The notes: generated from the sequence alone by a model not told the origin. A stretch of 64,000 nucleotides of DNA from an uncultured Eubacteriales bacterium (GCA_934454655.1 CAKSFK010000001.1:22358-86357), one strand, 5' to 3'. Positions 9,352 through 17,278 are shown, counted from the first letter of the stretch. Program-made: numbers and translations.

Positions 9352-10728
9352 TTAAACCATCTGCTCGGGGTGGAATACCTCGTCAAACTTTTCTTCGGTT
9401 AAAAAGCCCAATTCCACACATGCCTGTTTTAAGGAGATATTGTCCTTAAACGCCTTTTTGGCGGTCTTTGCCGCGTTTTCATAACCGATATAGGGGTTAA
9501 GCGCGGTAACAAGCATAAGCGAATTGTGCAGATTGTGATACATTTTGTCCTTATTTGCGGTAATTCCCACGGCGCACTTGTTGTTGAAGGAAACAATAGC
9601 TTCAGCAAGCAAACGGGCTGACTGTAAGAAGTTGTAAGCCGCAACCGGCATAAATACGTTAAGCTCAAAATTGCCCTGCGACGCCGCAATACCGACAGCC
9701 ACATCGTTACCCATTACCTGAACGGCAACCATTGTTACCGCCTCGCACTGGGTGGGGTTTACCTTGCCGGGCATTATTGAAGAACCGGGCTCGTTTTCGG
9801 GAATATGGATTTCACCGAGTCCGTCGCGCGGGCCGGAAGCCAGCCAGCGAACGTCGTTCGCAATCTTCATCATATCGCAGGCGGCGGCCTTGATTGCGCC
9901 GTGCGCGAAAACAAATTCGTCCTTTGAAGTAAGGGCGTGGAATTTATTTGCGGCGGTTACAAACGGCTTGCCCGTAAGTTCGGCTACCTTTTTTGCCACA
10001 AGCTCCGAAAAGCCTTTCGGCGCGTTAAGCCCCGTGCCGACGGCGGTGCCGCCGAGAGCCAACTCATAAAGCGGCTTAACGGCTGTTTTTAGAAGCTGAG
10101 CATCACGTTCAAGACTTGCCCTCCAGCCCGATATTTCCTGACTGAATTTAATAGGTGTGGCGTCCTGCAAATGGGTTCTGCCCGATTTTACAATGCCCTC
10201 GTTTTCAGCCTCTAATTTTTTAAAGGTGTTTATTAACAGCTCTATTGCCGGCAAAAGCTTATCCTCAATAGCTATAACCGCCGAGATGTGCATAGCGGTG
10301 GGGAAGGTATCATTTGAGGACTGGCTCATATTAATATCGTCGTTCGGGTGGCAAAGCTTTTCACCCGCAATCTGGTTGGCGCGGTTTGCGATAACCTCGT
10401 TTGCGTTCATATTGGACTGCGTACCCGAACCCGTCTGCCAGACAACAAGCGGAAAATGGTCGTTAAGACTGCCCGATATTACCTCGTCGCAGGCGGCGGA
10501 AATGGCTTTCACCTTCTGCGCCGTCATTTTTTCGGGCTTTAATTCCGCATTGGCAAGCGCCGCCGCTTTTTTAAGTATTCCGAAAGCGTGGGTTATTTCA
10601 CGCGGCATTGTTTCAATGCCTACGCCTATTTCAAAGTTTTCGTGGCTTCTTTCGGTCTGTGCCGCCCAAAGTCTGTCGGCAGGGACCTTCATTTCGCCCA
10701 TTGAATCGTGTTCTATACGGTATTCCAT
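9352..10728 (-). CDS. fumC: Class II fumarate hydratase
   Basis: It is a full-length 458-aa match to the FumC pattern, including the signature GSSIMPGKVNPTQCEA. Confidence 0.95.
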   Translation of the reverse strand: MEYRIEHDSMGEMKVPADRLWAAQTERSHENFEIGVGIETMPREITHAFGILKKAAALANAELKPEKMTAQKVKAISAACDEVISGSLNDHFPLVVWQTGSGTQSNMNANEVIANRANQIAGEKLCHPNDDINMSQSSNDTFPTAMHISAVIAIEDKLLPAIELLINTFKKLEAENEGIVKSGRTHLQDATPIKFSQEISGWRASLERDAQLLKTAVKPLYELALGGTAVGTGLNAPKGFSELVAKKVAELTGKPFVTAANKFHALTSKDEFVFAHGAIKAAACDMMKIANDVRWLASGPRDGLGEIHIPENEPGSSIMPGKVNPTQCEAVTMVAVQVMGNDVAVGIAASQGNFELNVFMPVAAYNFLQSARLLAEAIVSFNNKCAVGITANKDKMYHNLHNSLMLVTALNPYIGYENAAKTAKKAFKDNISLKQACVELGFLTEEKFDEVFHPEQMV

Positions 10729-10741
10729 TAAAGCTTACCCC

Positions 10742-11686
10742 TTATATTTCAAGATTACTTATAACATCTTTTAATGTATCCGCGCTCTTGCGTAAAAGCA
10801 TTACCTCTTCATCGGTCATAGGAACGTTAACCTTGCCTCTTACTCCCTCGTGACCTACCATATTAAGGGTGCTGAGCGCTACGTCCTCAATGCCGTACTC
10901 GCCGTGCATCATTGTGGAAACGGTCATTGTGGTATCAATTCCGCCGAGCAGGCACTTGCAGATATGACATACGGAAACCGAAACGGCATAGAATGTTGCG
11001 CCCTTTCTTGCAATAACGCGCGCGCCGGATTTTCTTACGTACTGCTCGATCTCGCCGAAGTCAAGCTCGGGTGTGTTGATGCCGGGGGTGGTTATAAGCT
11101 TTTTGCAATCCTTTATCGGAACGTTGGAGATGTTGGCAACCGACCACGGAATAAACGAAGAATCGCCGTGTTCGCCGAAAACATAAGCGTGAACGTTGCT
11201 CTGGTTGATGTTGTAATACTCCGAAAGTCTTGAACGCAGACGCGCGGTATCAAGAATTGTACCCGAACCGATTATGCGGTTTTCGGGAAGTCCCGACATT
11301 TTATAGAAAGTATATGTGAGAATATCAACCGGGTTGCTTACTATAATATAAGTTGCGTCCGGCGCGTACTTTGTAATTTCGGGGATAATCTGTTTTGTAA
11401 TGTTAACGTTGGTCTGGGCTAGCTCAAGGCGTGACTGACCGGGCTTTCTTGCGATACCCGAGGTTACTATTACAATGTCGGAGTTTACCGCGTCGCGGTA
11501 ATCGCCCGCGTAAATTGAGCAAGCGCCGCAAAAAGGCGTACCCTGGCGGATGTCGAGCGCTTCGCCCAAAGCTTTTTCGTTATTGATGTCTATCATAACG
11601 ATTTCCGAGGCAAGACCCATTACTGTAAGCGTGTAAGCGATGGTGGAACCGACGCTTCCGGTTCCGATGATTGATACTTTGTTCAT
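10742..11686 (-). CDS. mdh: LDH-like malate dehydrogenase (Arg at the substrate-discriminating position)
   Basis: It has the Rossmann motif IIGTGSVGST and the catalytic FGEHGDS. The loop GIARKPGQSR places Arg immediately before KPG, as in MDH (xPRKPG); L-LDH has Gln there (ARQKPG). It is the first gene of the operon. Confidence 0.75.
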   Translation of the reverse strand: MNKVSIIGTGSVGSTIAYTLTVMGLASEIVMIDINNEKALGEALDIRQGTPFCGACSIYAGDYRDAVNSDIVIVTSGIARKPGQSRLELAQTNVNITKQIIPEITKYAPDATYIIVSNPVDILTYTFYKMSGLPENRIIGSGTILDTARLRSRLSEYYNINQSNVHAYVFGEHGDSSFIPWSVANISNVPIKDCKKLITTPGINTPELDFGEIEQYVRKSGARVIARKGATFYAVSVSVCHICKCLLGGIDTTMTVSTMMHGEYGIEDVALSTLNMVGHEGVRGKVNVPMTDEEVMLLRKSADTLKDVISNLEI

Positions 11687-11719
11687 TGCAAACCTTCCCT
11701 ATTCTACATAGTTTGATTT

Positions 11720-11748
11720 ATTATAACATCTTTTGCGAGGTATTGCAA
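11720..11748 (-). promoter_or_regulatory. Sigma-A promoter of the mdh-fumC-hdr-flx-frd operon
   Basis: On the minus strand: TTGCAA (11748-11743), a 17 nt spacer, then TATAAT (11725-11720). An AGGGAAGG Shine-Dalgarno lies upstream of the mdh ATG. Confidence 0.55.
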
Positions 11749-11905
11749 TTATATGTTTTGCATATCGGTAATGTATTTATCGATATACCGAGGTATAATA
11801 TAAATTTACTGAACATACGCCCGTAATTTATCAATATGTCACAAATCCGCACCCTTTTTGCCGCGAAGCGTGCGGCAAAGCCGTCAGACTTTTAAATTTC
11901 CGTGG

Positions 11906-11950
11906 TAAAAAACCGCCGGAGACGGGTTTTCCGTCTGCGGCGGTTTTTCT
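11906..11950. terminator. Bidirectional Rho-independent terminator
   Basis: AAAAAACCGCCGGAGACGG-gtttt-CCGTCTGCGGCGGTTTTT is a GC-rich stem with an A-tract on one side and a T-tract on the other. Confidence 0.6.
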
Positions 11951-11954
11951 CTTT

Positions 11955-12182
11955 TTATGTAAGCTTACCGATTATCAGTCTTGCGTTTTCAAGAAAAAGA
12001 TTACTGTACTGCTCCGCCATATCACAAAGCAGGGTTTCACAGCACTCGAAGCTTTCGGGACTGAAATTCGGCGTGAGGGCTGACTTTTTATCGCTGTAAG
12101 CCTTTAAAAGCATATATGTGTTTTTGAGTTCGCAAATTGCCCAAAGCATTTCCGAAAAATTATCTTCGCACACATTCATCAT
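11955..12182 (-). CDS. Hypothetical small acidic Cys-rich protein (about 75 aa), divergent from an XRE regulator
   Basis: The track ORF is 11955-12221. A minus-strand promoter sits just upstream: TTGAAT (12221-12216), 17 nt, TATAAT (12198-12193). GGAG is then followed by ATGATG at 12182. The bidirectional terminator follows the stop. No family was recognised. Confidence 0.4.
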   Translation of the reverse strand: MMNVCEDNFSEMLWAICELKNTYMLLKAYSDKKSALTPNFSPESFECCETLLCDMAEQYSNLFLENARLIIGKLT

Positions 12183-12279
12183 CTCCGATATAATTATAGG
12201 TTCATATCTCGACCAATTCAAGGGTTAATTTATGAACCGTGATATAATCGTATATATTTATAAAAAAGAGTGAAAAATT

Positions 12280-12504
12280 ATGAAGAAATATAGCGAAATA
12301 TTGAAAGAACTGCGCGAGGATAACGACCTTACTCAACAGCAGGTGGCGGATATTCTAAACACAACCAGAAGCTACTACGGTCAGTATGAACGCGGTGTAA
12401 GACCGTTGCCGTTGGAGCATTTGGTCACTTTATGCAATTACTATAAGGTTTCAGCCGATTATATTCTCGGTCTGCCGTTCGGTCGGAAATACCCCAAAAG
12501 ATAA
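12280..12504 (+). CDS. XRE-family helix-turn-helix transcriptional regulator
   Basis: The HTH_3 pattern is LTQQQVADILNTTRSYYGQYERGVRPLPLEHLVTLCNYYKVSADYILG. An extended -10 (TGATATAAT) lies upstream. Confidence 0.85.
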   Translation: MKKYSEILKELREDNDLTQQQVADILNTTRSYYGQYERGVRPLPLEHLVTLCNYYKVSADYILGLPFGRKYPKR

Positions 12505-12527
12505 AATACGGATATTTTACGCTCTTC

Positions 12528-13385
12528 TTAGTGTGACAGGACTCCGCCCACGACGCTGCAAATAAAAAACGCCGCCATATCGGCTGCCGCAACCGTAGGT
12601 CCTACGGGCGTTGAGAACAAAACCGAAAGAAAAATACCCAAAAGCGCGCACACGGCGGAAAGCGCGGCGGCAAAAACCGTTACGGGCAAAAAGCTTTTAA
12701 AAATACGCATAGCGCTGAGCGCGGGGAAAATTATAAGCGCGGTTATAAGCAGCGAACCCACAAGGTTCATTGCAAGCACGATTATCACCGCGGTTATTAC
12801 CGCCGTCATAAGATTGTAAGCGTCGGCATTTATGCCCGAAGCCCGAGCAAAATCCTCATCAAAGGTAACGGCGAATATTTTGCCGTAAAACAAAACAAAA
12901 ACCGCAATAACAACAACCGAAAGCAAAACGCAGAGCCACACTTCACCCGGGGAAAGGGTCAATATTGAGGTTGAGCCGAAAAGACTGCCGCAAACATCGC
13001 CCGATACGTTCGACGAGGTTGAAAACAGGCTTAACAGCAAATAGCCCACGGCAAGCGCCCCCACCGAGATCATCGCAATTGCGGCGTCGCCCTTTATTGC
13101 CTTAGCCTTACCGCCCTTAAGCAGCAGCACGGCGCTTATGACCGTAACGGGCATAACAACAAACATACTGTCGGAAACATTGAGCACCGCCGCCACGGCA
13201 AGCGCGCCGAAAGCCACGTGAGAAAGCCCGTCGCCGATAAATGAAAATCTTTTGAGAACGAGCGTTACCCCCATAAGCGCCGAGCAGAGAGAAATAAGCA
13301 CGGCAACAATAACGGCGTAACGCACAAACGGATATTCAAGATAACCGAATATTTTAACGGCACCCGCCGCAACACCGAGGTTCAT
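12528..13385 (-). CDS. znuB: Metal (zinc/manganese) ABC transporter permease
   Basis: It is a polytopic membrane protein of the ZnuB/TroCD type. It overlaps znuC by 4 nt. Confidence 0.8.
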   Translation of the reverse strand: MNLGVAAGAVKIFGYLEYPFVRYAVIVAVLISLCSALMGVTLVLKRFSFIGDGLSHVAFGALAVAAVLNVSDSMFVVMPVTVISAVLLLKGGKAKAIKGDAAIAMISVGALAVGYLLLSLFSTSSNVSGDVCGSLFGSTSILTLSPGEVWLCVLLSVVVIAVFVLFYGKIFAVTFDEDFARASGINADAYNLMTAVITAVIIVLAMNLVGSLLITALIIFPALSAMRIFKSFLPVTVFAAALSAVCALLGIFLSVLFSTPVGPTVAAADMAAFFICSVVGGVLSH

Positions 13386-14059
13386 TTTAAGTCACCCTTC
13401 CTTTCGGCAAATTCGTCACGCGTACCGAAAAACACGGTTTTCCCCATATAAAGAATATGGGTTGCGTAACAAAGCGCCGCCGATATATCGTGCGTTACGG
13501 TTATCACCGTAAGCCCGTTTCGGTTAAGCTTTTCCGTAAGGCTGTACATCAAAGCGGCGGAAGCTTCGTCAAGTCCCGTAACGGGTTCGTCAAGCAAAAG
13601 AACCTCATCCGCCGCGCAAAGCGCGCGGGCAAGCAGCGCGCGCTGCTGCTGACCGCCCGAAAGCTCACGGAAACAGCGTCCCGCCAGCGGCATTATCTGC
13701 ATTTTCTCCATATTGTCGCGCGCTCTTTTTTTGTCCTCGGCTGAGTAAAACGGGCGGAATTTATATCTTCCCGCATTGCCCGACATTACAATTTCCTTAA
13801 CCGACGCGGGAAAATCGCGCTGAAGCTCGGTCTGCTGCGGCAGGTATCCCACCCTTCCGCGGCTGCCGCCCGAAAATACAATTTCACCGCCGAACGGCTT
13901 TACAAGCCCGGCAAGCGCCTTTATAAGCGTGGATTTGCCCGAACCGTTCTCGCCTATAATGCAAAGGTAATCCCCCGCGTTAAGCTTAAAATCAATATTC
14001 TCCGCGACGGTTCTCCCGCCGTAGCCCAGCCTTAAATTTTCAACCTTTAAAACACACAT
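13382..14059 (-). CDS. znuC: Metal ABC transporter ATP-binding protein
   Basis: It has Walker A GENGSGKST, the signature LSGGQQQR and Walker B LLLDEP. Confidence 0.85.
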   Translation of the reverse strand: MCVLKVENLRLGYGGRTVAENIDFKLNAGDYLCIIGENGSGKSTLIKALAGLVKPFGGEIVFSGGSRGRVGYLPQQTELQRDFPASVKEIVMSGNAGRYKFRPFYSAEDKKRARDNMEKMQIMPLAGRCFRELSGGQQQRALLARALCAADEVLLLDEPVTGLDEASAALMYSLTEKLNRNGLTVITVTHDISAALCYATHILYMGKTVFFGTRDEFAERKGDLK

Positions 14060-15000
14060 TTCAATACTTCCAAATTTCTTTTTGCAATGCCTATATAGCT
14101 TGCGCCGTTTTCTATCTGTTTGACCGTTACCGACTGCATACTGTCAAGCACCGAAACCCTTTTGTGTCCCGACGCCGTGTTGCCTATAACGGCGTCCGCT
14201 ATTCCTTTCACGGGGTTTTCGGTGGTTATTACCGTGTCAAGCCCCAGCTCGTCCGTTTTCTTTGCAAGAAAAGCAACCGTGTAAAAGCTTGCGCCCGTTT
14301 CCGCAGAACAGCCGGGAAACGCCGCGTAATAGGAAAGACCCAAATCGTGAAAAAGATAGGCAAACGGGAACCTGTCCGCAATAACAAGGGTTTTGTGCTT
14401 TGCCTTTTCGGCGGCGGCGGAATATTCGCCGTCAAGCGATACAAGCCTTGAAATATAATCTTCGGCGTTCGCCGAGTAACTGTCGGCGTGCGGCGGGTCG
14501 GCATTTTCAAGCGTTTTTGCAATCTCGCCGCAAAGGTAAGCCGAATTTTTAAGCGAAAGCCAGATATGCTCGTCATCCTCCGGTTCTTCCTCGCCGTGTC
14601 CTGTGTCGGTCATACCCTCGGTGTGCTGTTCCTTTATCAATTCGTTGCCCGGCAGACGGCTCAAGGTTATTACCTGCCTTTTTTTATTCCCCGAAAGCGT
14701 TAAAGCCTTTGTTACCCACTTATCCGATTCGCCGCCGATGTATATGAAAACATCGCAGTCGGCAATAGCTGCAAGGTCGGCGGCGGAAGGTTCAAAGCTG
14801 TGCATATCCGTTCCGCGGTCGTTAAGCAATGTTACGTCGGCGTTTTCCCCCGCAATATTCACCGTCCAGTCGTAAATAGGAAAAACCGTGCAGACAACGC
14901 TGATTTTCCCGCTTTGCGACGGTGCCTGTCCGCAGGAGGCAAGCAAAAGAGCCGTTACAGCCGCGGCAGCGGCAGCCGTAATTTTTTTAAATAATTTCAT
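14047..15000 (-). CDS. znuA: Metal (zinc) ABC transporter substrate-binding lipoprotein
   Basis: It has the lipobox LLASCGQ and a ZnuA-type acidic/His-rich loop, HTEGMTDTGHGEEEPEDDEH. The start is chosen at MKLFKK (ATG complement 14998-15000), which has a GGAG SD; the track ORF extends to 15030. Confidence 0.85.
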   Translation of the reverse strand: MKLFKKITAAAAAAVTALLLASCGQAPSQSGKISVVCTVFPIYDWTVNIAGENADVTLLNDRGTDMHSFEPSAADLAAIADCDVFIYIGGESDKWVTKALTLSGNKKRQVITLSRLPGNELIKEQHTEGMTDTGHGEEEPEDDEHIWLSLKNSAYLCGEIAKTLENADPPHADSYSANAEDYISRLVSLDGEYSAAAEKAKHKTLVIADRFPFAYLFHDLGLSYYAAFPGCSAETGASFYTVAFLAKKTDELGLDTVITTENPVKGIADAVIGNTASGHKRVSVLDSMQSVTVKQIENGASYIGIAKRNLEVLKCVF

Positions 15001-15014
15001 CTTTATCTCCAAAA

Positions 15015-15029
15015 TGCAAATCGTTTGCA
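15015..15029. promoter_or_regulatory. Candidate metalloregulator (Zur-like) operator
   Basis: TGCAAATCGTTTGCA is a perfect 6-3-6 palindrome. It lies between the -10 box and the SD of znuA. Confidence 0.4.
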
Positions 15030-15033
15030 AATT

Positions 15034-15062
15034 ATTATACTCCGTTTAACGCAAAATGTCAA
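15034..15062 (-). promoter_or_regulatory. Consensus sigma-A promoter of znuABC
   Basis: On the minus strand: TTGACA (15062-15057), 17 nt, TATAAT (15039-15034). Confidence 0.6.
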
Positions 15063-15070
15063 CAGCACTA

Positions 15071-15099
15071 TTGCCAAACAAACGCATTTGCTGTATAAT
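15071..15099 (+). promoter_or_regulatory. Sigma-A promoter of the CPBP protease gene
   Basis: TTGCCA (15071-15076), 17 nt, TATAAT (15094-15099). This leaves almost no leader before the annotated TTG start. Confidence 0.45.
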
Positions 15100-15110
15100 A
15101 TTCACGGTGA

Positions 15111-15935
15111 TTGAATTTGAAAAATCTTATTGTTAACATTTATAAAACGCTTTTTTTCTTTGACCTTGCAATTATCGCGGCGTATGTATTTCCCAAAATC
15201 AAAACAAAAAACGCCGCTCTGCTTAATTTGTGGAGCGAAGGCACATTTCTTGCGGTTATGATTGTGTTTACCGCCTTTTTTTACCTTGCGGTTGAACGCA
15301 AAAGGCTTAAAATTTTTAACAAAAGAAATATTTTAAGCCATTACGGCACGGGTCTTATTTCCGTGACACTGCCGCTTGCCGTTACCGTATGCGTGCTGTT
15401 TTTGCTTAAATGTCTTAAATTTTCGGGTACAAACAAGCCCTCGCACTTTTTCCTGTGGCTTGCGGCAATCTTCTGCAGCGCCGCCGCAACCGAGCTTTTG
15501 CTTCGCGGCTATCTTTTCAGGCTTTACCGCAAATATTATTCCTTCCCCGTAACCGCCGCCGTGATAACCGTTTTGTTTATTTCAATGAATATATACATTT
15601 TTTCGGACGGATTTATCTACGCCGCAAATCTTCTGGTATTCAATTTGCTGATGTGTCTGCTTGCCGAATACACACGTTCGCTCACAGCGCCCGTAACCGC
15701 GCACTTTTTCTATAACGCGGTAAGCACACTGGTTCTCGGCAGTTTCGCCCCCGCGGAGGGTTATCCGTGTCTTTTAAAGACCGTGTTTTCGGGCAACAAT
15801 GCGCTTTGCGGGGGCGAAATGAAGCTGGAGGGCAGCGCCGTTTTGCTGGTTTTAAATACCGCGGTTTGCGTGTTCCTTTGGTATTTAGTTTTTAAACGCC
15901 GCAACCGCGGTGTAAAGCGCGTTAATATCCGATAG
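15111..15935 (+). CDS. CPBP-family (CAAX) intramembrane glutamic endopeptidase
   Basis: It is a polytopic protein with motif 1 TELLLRGYLF (EExxxR type) and the HFFYNA motif (HxxxN). The start codon is uncertain: TTG at 15111, and the first ATG is much further in. Confidence 0.75.
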   Translation: MNLKNLIVNIYKTLFFFDLAIIAAYVFPKIKTKNAALLNLWSEGTFLAVMIVFTAFFYLAVERKRLKIFNKRNILSHYGTGLISVTLPLAVTVCVLFLLKCLKFSGTNKPSHFFLWLAAIFCSAAATELLLRGYLFRLYRKYYSFPVTAAVITVLFISMNIYIFSDGFIYAANLLVFNLLMCLLAEYTRSLTAPVTAHFFYNAVSTLVLGSFAPAEGYPCLLKTVFSGNNALCGGEMKLEGSAVLLVLNTAVCVFLWYLVFKRRNRGVKRVNIR

Positions 15936-17012
15936 TGTGTTGAACGCCGAAACCGACGCTCTTACCGTTCCGACCTCAAGCGTTCCTATCTGCCTGTGGG
16001 CGGAGGGTGCACAGTGCAGTCCTCCCCTTACGGCTATTCCCTTTTCACTAAGATACGCCGCAATTTCCCCGCTTGGCACGCCTTTAACATTAAAGGAAAG
16101 AACGGGCGCAAAGCCGCCGCGGGCGGGATTTTCGGTGTAGAGTATAACGTTCTTAAGGCTTGACAGCCGCTTATAAAGCTCGGAAATAAGGTTTAATTCG
16201 TGGCGGTATATCTTATCCGTGCCGATGCTTCTCACATAATCGATTCCGGCGGACATTCCCGCAATCGCGGGTACGGCAACCGTGCCGCTTTCCAGTCTTT
16301 CGGGCAGGGAGTCGGGCTGGGTCATTTCGGCGGAATTAGTACCCGTTCCGCCCTCTGTCAGGGTGTTTTCAATGTACTTTTCGCATATCAGCACCCCTAT
16401 TCCCATAGGCGCGTAAAGCCCCTTGTGCGGCGCTATGCACAGATAGTCTATATTCATTTTCTTCATATCGATTGTCATAACCCCGGCGGTCTGCGCGGCG
16501 TCAACGGCAAAGGGTATCCCGCGCGAGCGGCAGAGCGCGCCTATTTGCGCGACCGGCAGAGTCCTGCCCAGCACATTTGAAGCGCCCGTGCAGATTACAA
16601 GCCGTGTTGACGGTTTTATTTTTTTCTCAAATTCATTTAAGGTTATGTTGTCGTCCGTAAGCGATACTTCCGCAATGTCCGGCTCCGCGCCCGTTTTGTA
16701 GAGAGGGCGCATTACGGCGTTATGCTCAAGCGAAGATGTCACGACATGATCGCCCGGCTTTAAAATGCCCTTTATAACCGTGTTTATGCTGTGGGTGCAG
16801 TTATATGTGAACACCACATTTTCGGGACCCGACGCCCCGAAAAGCTTTGCCGCCTTTTCCCTTGCCGAGTAAACCGACGCCGACGCCGCAAGCGAGGGTC
16901 TGTGACCGCTCCTGCCCGGGTTTGCCGAAAGGGTTAAAAGCGCGTTGTTCACCGCCTTTATCACGCCGGGCGGCTTTTTGCCGGTTGTAGCCGCGTTATC
17001 AAGATAGATCAT
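15885..17012 (-). CDS. Class V aminotransferase / cysteine desulfurase family protein
   Basis: The N-terminus is MIYLDNAATT. It has SLEHNAV, a PLP-lysine context IAPHKGLYAPMGIG, and GLHCAP near the C-terminus. Confidence 0.85.
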   Translation of the reverse strand: MIYLDNAATTGKKPPGVIKAVNNALLTLSANPGRSGHRPSLAASASVYSAREKAAKLFGASGPENVVFTYNCTHSINTVIKGILKPGDHVVTSSLEHNAVMRPLYKTGAEPDIAEVSLTDDNITLNEFEKKIKPSTRLVICTGASNVLGRTLPVAQIGALCRSRGIPFAVDAAQTAGVMTIDMKKMNIDYLCIAPHKGLYAPMGIGVLICEKYIENTLTEGGTGTNSAEMTQPDSLPERLESGTVAVPAIAGMSAGIDYVRSIGTDKIYRHELNLISELYKRLSSLKNVILYTENPARGGFAPVLSFNVKGVPSGEIAAYLSEKGIAVRGGLHCAPSAHRQIGTLEVGTVRASVSAFNTLSDINALYTAVAAFKN

Positions 17013-17068
17013 AAGGATTCCCCCTGTTTTATAAACCCGGGCAGAGCTGTCAGCTCCGCCCGGGAAGA

Positions 17069-17278
17069 TTACTTTTTCTTTATTTCCAGTATTTTAACGC
17101 CGCCGTCACGCAGTATTTTTTCGGCTTCGTTTAAATTATTTCCGATTATAATGCTGTACCCGCAGCCGGCACTGCCGTTTATTCTTTCGATTTTTGCGTT
17201 TATTCCTTTTCTTCTTAACAGATCGCGGCCCTTTATCGCATAGGTGACCGTGCCTGTTGTTATAATATATCCGTTCAT
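17069..17278 (-). CDS. DUF3343-type putative Se/S carrier protein
   Basis: It is a 69-aa protein with the typical A..AE..L....I......P.....GCG pattern (INGSAGCGYSI). It lies immediately downstream of a cysteine desulfurase, the usual context. Confidence 0.65.
   Translation of the reverse strand: MNGYIITTGTVTYAIKGRDLLRRKGINAKIERINGSAGCGYSIIIGNNLNEAEKILRDGGVKILEIKKK

Noticed and set aside
11713-11728. Possible Rex operator TTGATTTATTATAACA overlapping the -10 box of the mdh-hdr-frd promoter.
   Set aside because: It is only a weak, imperfect half-site match to TTGTTAAnnnnTTAACAA, and the AT-rich -10 region produces such matches by chance. It would need a PWM scan or binding data.
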